Source: a virus
Lineage: Duplodnaviria; Heunggongvirae; Uroviricota; Caudoviricetes
Strand: one strand, 5' to 3'
Length of the DNA stretch: 10,894 nucleotides
Virus record (IMG/VR): IMGVR_UViG_2660238349_000010
Below, one piece after another: positions 6,726 to 10,894 of the stretch. The notes under the pieces are model-generated. The model searched no databases. It saw only the letters and a list, made by a program, of their open reading frames with translations, and was not told the DNA's origin. The position numbers and the translations under genes were made by a program. Numbering within the stretch: the stretch's first letter is position 1; every line of letters begins with the position of its first letter.

Positions 6726-7322
6726 TCAGTGGGAGTGGTGGCTGGAGTTTTCGCCATCAGACAACATACTGCCCGTGGCATGGGCATTCCCTTTAATCTC
6801 GATATTGCCATGGATGGTCGCGGTAACACCTTCACCACCAGAACCCGCCATGCCTCCTTCGTAAATCAGCTTACCCCTGACACGCAGATCTCCGGTAAGT
6901 TCGGTTTCCGGTGCGTCAATCGTGGCTTTCTGTGTTTTCAATACCACATCAGCACCACACTCAATGACAATATGCTCAATGCCGCCCCGGATGATCAGAG
7001 TGTGCGTCTTCCGGTTGTAGCTGTACTCTGCACCATCAGCAAACCGGGTTCCCCGGATATTTTTGTCACTGAACGGTGGTTTATCGACGTCTGAATACAC
7101 CGCGCCCAGAATAACACCATCCTCGCCGTTGGCATCGAGCAGCACCTCAACCTGCTCCCCCACGTCAGGGAGCCAGTAATCTTTGTTATCCTGGGTATTG
7201 CGCTGCAGCACGTTAAGCCAGTTTGTGCGCAGGTTATCGCATTCAGGCAGACGAACGCGGGCCTGAACCCTGTCGGCATCAACGGCACTGACCGTACCGA
7301 CCTGACGAGTGACACCAGTCAT
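6726..7322 (-). CDS. Baseplate spike protein gpV-like (Mu gp45 position)
   Basis: 198-aa ORF whose ATG overlaps the gpD-like stop (ATGA). Size matches Mu gp45 / P2 V spikes. C-terminus ends ...SDGENSSHHSH (His cluster). Confidence 0.75.
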   Translation of the reverse strand: MTGVTRQVGTVSAVDADRVQARVRLPECDNLRTNWLNVLQRNTQDNKDYWLPDVGEQVEVLLDANGEDGVILGAVYSDVDKPPFSDKNIRGTRFADGAEYSYNRKTHTLIIRGGIEHIVIECGADVVLKTQKATIDAPETELTGDLRVRGKLIYEGGMAGSGGEGVTATIHGNIEIKGNAHATGSMLSDGENSSHHSH

Positions 7323-8491
7323 TTTTTCTTCTCTCTTATTACTGTGGACGTGCTGCCGTCCGGTTTATAGATGGTCAGCATCCGGGTTTTGCCGATTTTT
7401 TTACCTTTCTTCGCCTTGCCCTGTGTGATCGGCCCCCGTGCCACTTCCAGCTCTGTGGTGTAGCCGCTGTTACGGTCAAACGCATGGCGGGCAGTGGTTA
7501 TGAGCCATGGCCCGGATAACTGCCCAAAACCCACCAGTTCAATTTTGTTGCCTGCTGTCAGTTGAGGTGTTCCCGTCAGCGTCAGGGAGCCGTTCTGCTG
7601 GTATTCGTTATGTCTGGCCAGTGCTGAATCCGCTTTAATCCGGGCACTGTCCGGGTCGCTGACGCGGCTGTTAACTTTAAGTGAGTCAGCGCTGGTAACC
7701 TTACCACCTTTGAGCTTTTTGTCGCTTTCACGGGTACCACCATCAGCTTCGTAGACGATCAGTTTTTTACTGCTGCTTTTCTGGTGTTTTACCTTTGCAG
7801 ATTTATAGACCCGGTTGATGGTGTCACGCAGGGAAAAGCGGGCCACATCCTGCGGTTTTAACTGCCTGACCGGCTCCTGACTGCGCAGTGTGGCCAGATG
7901 AGAAAAAATCAGCTGGTCACTGACCACTTTCACTGCATAACCATACTCGCTGGCCAGCCGGCGCAGAAAACCCACGTCGGTTTCAGCATACTGGGTCACC
8001 CGGTCGATTCTGATGGACTCAATGCTGCCCACCAGTTTCAGCCGGTGCTTTCTGGCAATCCGCCCCGCAACAGCTGCCAGCGTGGTGTTCTCAAAACCAC
8101 GACTGGTTTTAGTCCGCAGGGCACTGTTAACCGAGGTGGCCACCCCACGGATAGAAACAACGGAAGCGGGCGAACTCACTTCGATCTCGTCTATAGAGAA
8201 CGTACCGCAGGACAGCAGCTTCTCGTCCTGATAGCCCATTTTCAGCGTCAGCGTGTCACCCTTGCCCGGATACCACTTATCCAGCCAGCGGCCATCGGTG
8301 TCGTCCAGCTCCACCTCAATGGTATCGGACTCATTTTTGATGTTATCGCTCCAGGTCACACGGGTGACATAAGGCGCGATATCAGAGGTGATGTTTTTCT
8401 GCAGATACCACAGAGTGAACACCGGTGTCAGCACATCGCTGACGCCGGTTAACGCTGATGTGACTTGCGCAGTGCTGTTTATCTCAGCCAT
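7319..8491 (-). CDS. Baseplate hub / late control protein gpD-like (Mu gp44 position)
   Basis: 390-aa ORF, close to the 387 aa of P2 gpD. C-terminal ...NSGYTTELEVARGP... resembles the gpD family. Sits between gpX-like and the spike. Confidence 0.8.
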   Translation of the reverse strand: MAEINSTAQVTSALTGVSDVLTPVFTLWYLQKNITSDIAPYVTRVTWSDNIKNESDTIEVELDDTDGRWLDKWYPGKGDTLTLKMGYQDEKLLSCGTFSIDEIEVSSPASVVSIRGVATSVNSALRTKTSRGFENTTLAAVAGRIARKHRLKLVGSIESIRIDRVTQYAETDVGFLRRLASEYGYAVKVVSDQLIFSHLATLRSQEPVRQLKPQDVARFSLRDTINRVYKSAKVKHQKSSSKKLIVYEADGGTRESDKKLKGGKVTSADSLKVNSRVSDPDSARIKADSALARHNEYQQNGSLTLTGTPQLTAGNKIELVGFGQLSGPWLITTARHAFDRNSGYTTELEVARGPITQGKAKKGKKIGKTRMLTIYKPDGSTSTVIREKKK

Positions 8492-8691
8492 GGGGCAATA
8501 TCCTCTTCTGTACGGGCTTCTTCAGCCTCAATCACCGGGATCAGTAACAACAGCCCGGAGGGCAGCACCGGCGTGATGGCCACGTGCGGATTGGCGGCAA
8601 TAATCCGGGGATAGCCCAGCGGGTCACCGTAGTACTGCCATGCCAGCGAATCCCAGCGCTCTCCGTCACGGGTAACATGTTCAAGAAACAT
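8479..8691 (-). CDS. Tail protein X-like (LysM-like small tail protein)
   Basis: 70 aa from ATG at 8691-8689, overlapping the gpU-like stop (TGATG). Pattern ...DSLAWQYYGDP...IIAANP...LPSG... fits P2 gpX (about 67 aa). Confidence 0.65.
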   Translation of the reverse strand: MFLEHVTRDGERWDSLAWQYYGDPLGYPRIIAANPHVAITPVLPSGLLLLIPVIEAEEARTEEDIAPWLR

Positions 8692-9575
8692 CACACACTC
8701 CTCGTCAGTATTCTGGCGGCCATTGCACTTAATCCCGGAGACATGCGGTTGAATGCTGTTCCGACGGCGTTAAGCTGCCCGGAAACGGTATCCAGAGCAC
8801 CTGCAATATTTCTTTTGTCCACACCACTCAGCGCAGACTGTGCCTGCTGTACATACGTGGCTGCTTCGCTGGCTGTTCTGGCCAGACTGATGGCATCGGG
8901 CATGGATTCAGAGAGTGCGTTAAACGCCGGAACACTTTTCCCCAGAGCCCCGGAGATATTACCCAGTCCGCTCATCAGCCCCGGCACACGGGTCAGTGCG
9001 ACAACGGGGTTATCCTTCATTTTCTGTGTCACTCGAACGGCGCTGATAGTGGTCTGGAGTACAGACTGCGCCTGTTTCGCATAGTTGACGCCGTTGCGGA
9101 TGAACTGCGCCATCCCGGAAGGTGAAGGAATGGCACCGGAGACCGCCCCGACACCCGGGAGCTTCGTGCGTATTGCCGGTGGTTGCAGAGGATTTTTCGG
9201 GTCACCGGTGTATTCCCGGAGAGACACGGTGGCACTGACAGCCAGCACGTTGCCGGTACTGTCAGTCTGCTCGCTGGTTGCAGTCACATCGGTAATCACG
9301 AACCAGCCGCGATAGTCACCGTTGCCGAAGACCAGCGCCAGTGCCTGATGGGCTTTCATGGCTGTTCGCAGTCTCGCCAGCTCCACATCGGGTACACAAT
9401 AATGCTGATGGAAAACCAGAGTTATCTGGATTTCGTCCAGCCTGTCGCCGACGAACTGCAGGCCAGGCTTACCCCCGATGCGGGCATGCTCCGCATAATC
9501 GACGCCGAACGTGGCCTCGAAGCCGTCCCAGTAGGTAATCAGCTCAAACTCAATATCACCCAGTACGGCAAACAT
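8691..9575 (-). CDS. Tail protein with gpU-like N-terminal domain plus ~160-aa Ala/Ser/Gly-rich C-terminal extension
   Basis: 294-aa ORF whose ATG overlaps the tape-measure stop (ATGA). N-terminal ~130 aa (LGDIEFEL...QFVG...GWFVITDV...LREY) fits the P2 gpU tail-formation pattern. It occupies the slot of Mu N, after the tape measure. Confidence 0.65.
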   Translation of the reverse strand: MFAVLGDIEFELITYWDGFEATFGVDYAEHARIGGKPGLQFVGDRLDEIQITLVFHQHYCVPDVELARLRTAMKAHQALALVFGNGDYRGWFVITDVTATSEQTDSTGNVLAVSATVSLREYTGDPKNPLQPPAIRTKLPGVGAVSGAIPSPSGMAQFIRNGVNYAKQAQSVLQTTISAVRVTQKMKDNPVVALTRVPGLMSGLGNISGALGKSVPAFNALSESMPDAISLARTASEAATYVQQAQSALSGVDKRNIAGALDTVSGQLNAVGTAFNRMSPGLSAMAARILTRSV

Positions 9576-10894
9576 CAGCGGTACTCCTTACGTTGTTTCT
9601 GAGCCAGCAGACGCTCCAGCATTTTTTCCAGCTCATGCAGACTCATATTCAGGGCACCAGTCAGTCCTGCAGGCGCTGTGGTTTCCCTGCCATTGAGGAA
9701 AAACTGAGGATTAAAGCTGACCTGGATACCACCAGACGTTCCACCGCCGGTTGCAGCTGCACCACGGCCTGAATATCCGGCAGCCAGGATTTCAGGCGAG
9801 GGGATACGGGGAACATCCGGTGTCATCTCATTTGCCAGACGTTGCCCTGGTAAAATCGATGCCCGGGTGGAGAGCGGAATAACGGGCATGGAAGACAAAC
9901 TATTGATTACGGCTCCGATCGCATTTTTAGCAGACGACATAAACCCATTGATATCGGGCAACGGCATACTGAAGCGAACACCTGAAGTGTTATCCCGTAT
10001 TTCTGGCCCCTGAATGCTCACGGGCATTCTGGGGAGCAGTTCACTGGCCATTCGCTGCCCGGCCAGAGCTGCAAGCGGAGTGGTCCGCTGCAGGCCAATG
10101 GCGGCCCCCTGCGCGATATTGTCACCAAAGCCCATAAACACGCGGCTCGGCGAATGAATGCCCAGCTTTTCGCTGAACCAGCCACTGATGCTGTCACCCA
10201 TTCCGGTTACACTGGATTTGAGCGACTCCCATTTGTTTTTGATACCGTTAATCAGACCGTCGACAAGATGGCCACCGAAGTCGGTGAACTTTGCCGGCAG
10301 ATCAACACCAAGATATTTCAGCGCAGCTGCAAAGGCTTTATAGAGCAGACCTGCCGGCGACCAGTTAATCAGCAGCTTACCAGTTCCCGCGATACCGCCG
10401 TTAAAGGCTTCCTGAATGTCAGCCCAGCACTGTTTAAACCAGCTACTGATGCTGTCACCCATTCCGGTTACACTGGATTTGAGCGACCCCCATTTGTTTT
10501 TGATACCGTTAATCAGACCGTCGATAAGATGGCCACCGAAGTCGGTGAACTTTGCCGGCAGAGCAACGCCGAAATATTTCAGCGCAGCCGCAAAGGCTTT
10601 ATAGAGCAGGCCTGCCGGCGACCAGTTAATCAGCAACTTACCAATTCCCACAATGCCGCCGTTAAAGGCTTCCTGAATGTCAGCCCAGCGCTGTTTAAAC
10701 CAGCTACTGATGCTGTCACCCATTCCGGTTACACTGGATTTGAGCGACCCCCATTTGATTTTGATACCGTTAATCAGACCGTCGATAAGATGGCCACCGA
10801 AGTCGGTGAACTTTGCCGGCAGAGCAACGCCGAAATATTTCAGCGCAGCCGCAAAGGCTTTATAGAGCAGGCCTGCCGGCGACCAGTTAATCAG
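9575..10894 (-). CDS. Tail tape measure protein, 3' part (5' end lies beyond the window)
   Basis: Long minus-strand frame open to the window edge, directly upstream of the gpU/X/D genes. Contains 87-aa tandem repeats and a Gly/Ala-rich C-terminal region. Assignment rests on synteny and repeat architecture. Confidence 0.7.
   Translation of the reverse strand: MINWSPAGLLYKAFAAALKYFGVALPAKFTDFGGHLIDGLINGIKIKWGSLKSSVTGMGDSISSWFKQRWADIQEAFNGGIVGIGKLLINWSPAGLLYKAFAAALKYFGVALPAKFTDFGGHLIDGLINGIKNKWGSLKSSVTGMGDSISSWFKQCWADIQEAFNGGIAGTGKLLINWSPAGLLYKAFAAALKYLGVDLPAKFTDFGGHLVDGLINGIKNKWESLKSSVTGMGDSISGWFSEKLGIHSPSRVFMGFGDNIAQGAAIGLQRTTPLAALAGQRMASELLPRMPVSIQGPEIRDNTSGVRFSMPLPDINGFMSSAKNAIGAVINSLSSMPVIPLSTRASILPGQRLANEMTPDVPRIPSPEILAAGYSGRGAAATGGGTSGGIQVSFNPQFFLNGRETTAPAGLTGALNMSLHELEKMLERLLAQKQRKEYR
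10174..10894 (-). repeat. 261-bp (87-aa) in-frame tandem repeat array within the tape-measure gene, truncated by the window end
   Basis: Units at about 10174-10434, 10435-10695 and 10696-10894+ with only a few substitutions. Seen in the ORF track as plus-strand shadow ORFs at 10158, 10416 and 10677, all containing ...LNQ[L/P]LMLSPIPVTLDLSD... Confidence 0.85.

Larger units (their letters stand above)
695..10894. mobile_element. Prophage, right-hand part: invertase, invertible fibre region and baseplate/tail module in Mu-like gene order; continues past the window end
   Basis: Thirteen contiguous phage tail genes on the minus strand with overlapping stop/start codons, an invertase at the edge, and a Mu-right-end-like terminus beginning TG at 695, 35 bp after the yccA stop. 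Confidence 0.75.

Noticed and set aside
4912-9602. Longer plus-strand ORFs antisense to the tail operon (4912-5406, 5872-6132, 6729-7094, 7898-8452, 8584-9084, 9183-9602)
   Set aside because: Each lies entirely within a well-supported minus-strand gene. Products are Ser/Arg/Pro-rich low-complexity peptides typical of spurious antisense frames.
10158-10865. Three plus-strand 61-62-aa ORFs with near-identical sequence
   Set aside because: Antisense reflection of the 261-bp tape-measure repeats. No start context, and they lie fully inside a strongly supported minus-strand gene.
3700-10894. CRISPR array as an explanation for the regularly spaced repeats
   Set aside because: Both repeat arrays are in-frame protein-coding tandem duplications (units of 108-300 bp without unique spacers), not short repeat-spacer units.

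Overview
This window is the junction between a host core gene and the right-hand end of a Mu-like prophage (a transposable-phage-type gene order). Bases 1-660 are yccA (host, + strand). From about 695 the sequence is phage: a terminus resembling the phage Mu right end, then a Pin/Gin-family serine invertase (773-1345, minus strand), then a multiply invertible tail-fibre 3'-cassette region (1400-3554). That region holds three 26-bp hix/gix-like crossover sites, three alternative collar-domain fibre tips (A fused to the fibre now; B and C silent) and only one tail-fibre-assembly gene. Upstream on the minus strand lie the tail-fibre gene (3064-4656, P2 H-like shaft repeats) and a contiguous, translationally coupled baseplate/tail operon in Mu order: gpI-like, gpJ-like, gpW/gp25-like, gpV-like spike, gpD-like hub, gpX-like, gpU-like, and the 3' part of a tape-measure gene whose 261-bp tandem repeats run off the window. 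No tRNA, rRNA or CRISPR array was seen. The most interesting points are the three-site, three-cassette fibre switch with a single tfa, the Mu-like end 35 bp after yccA, and two in-frame coding tandem-repeat arrays (fibre shaft and tape measure). All family assignments come from reading the translations and from memory of these protein families; no database search was run.
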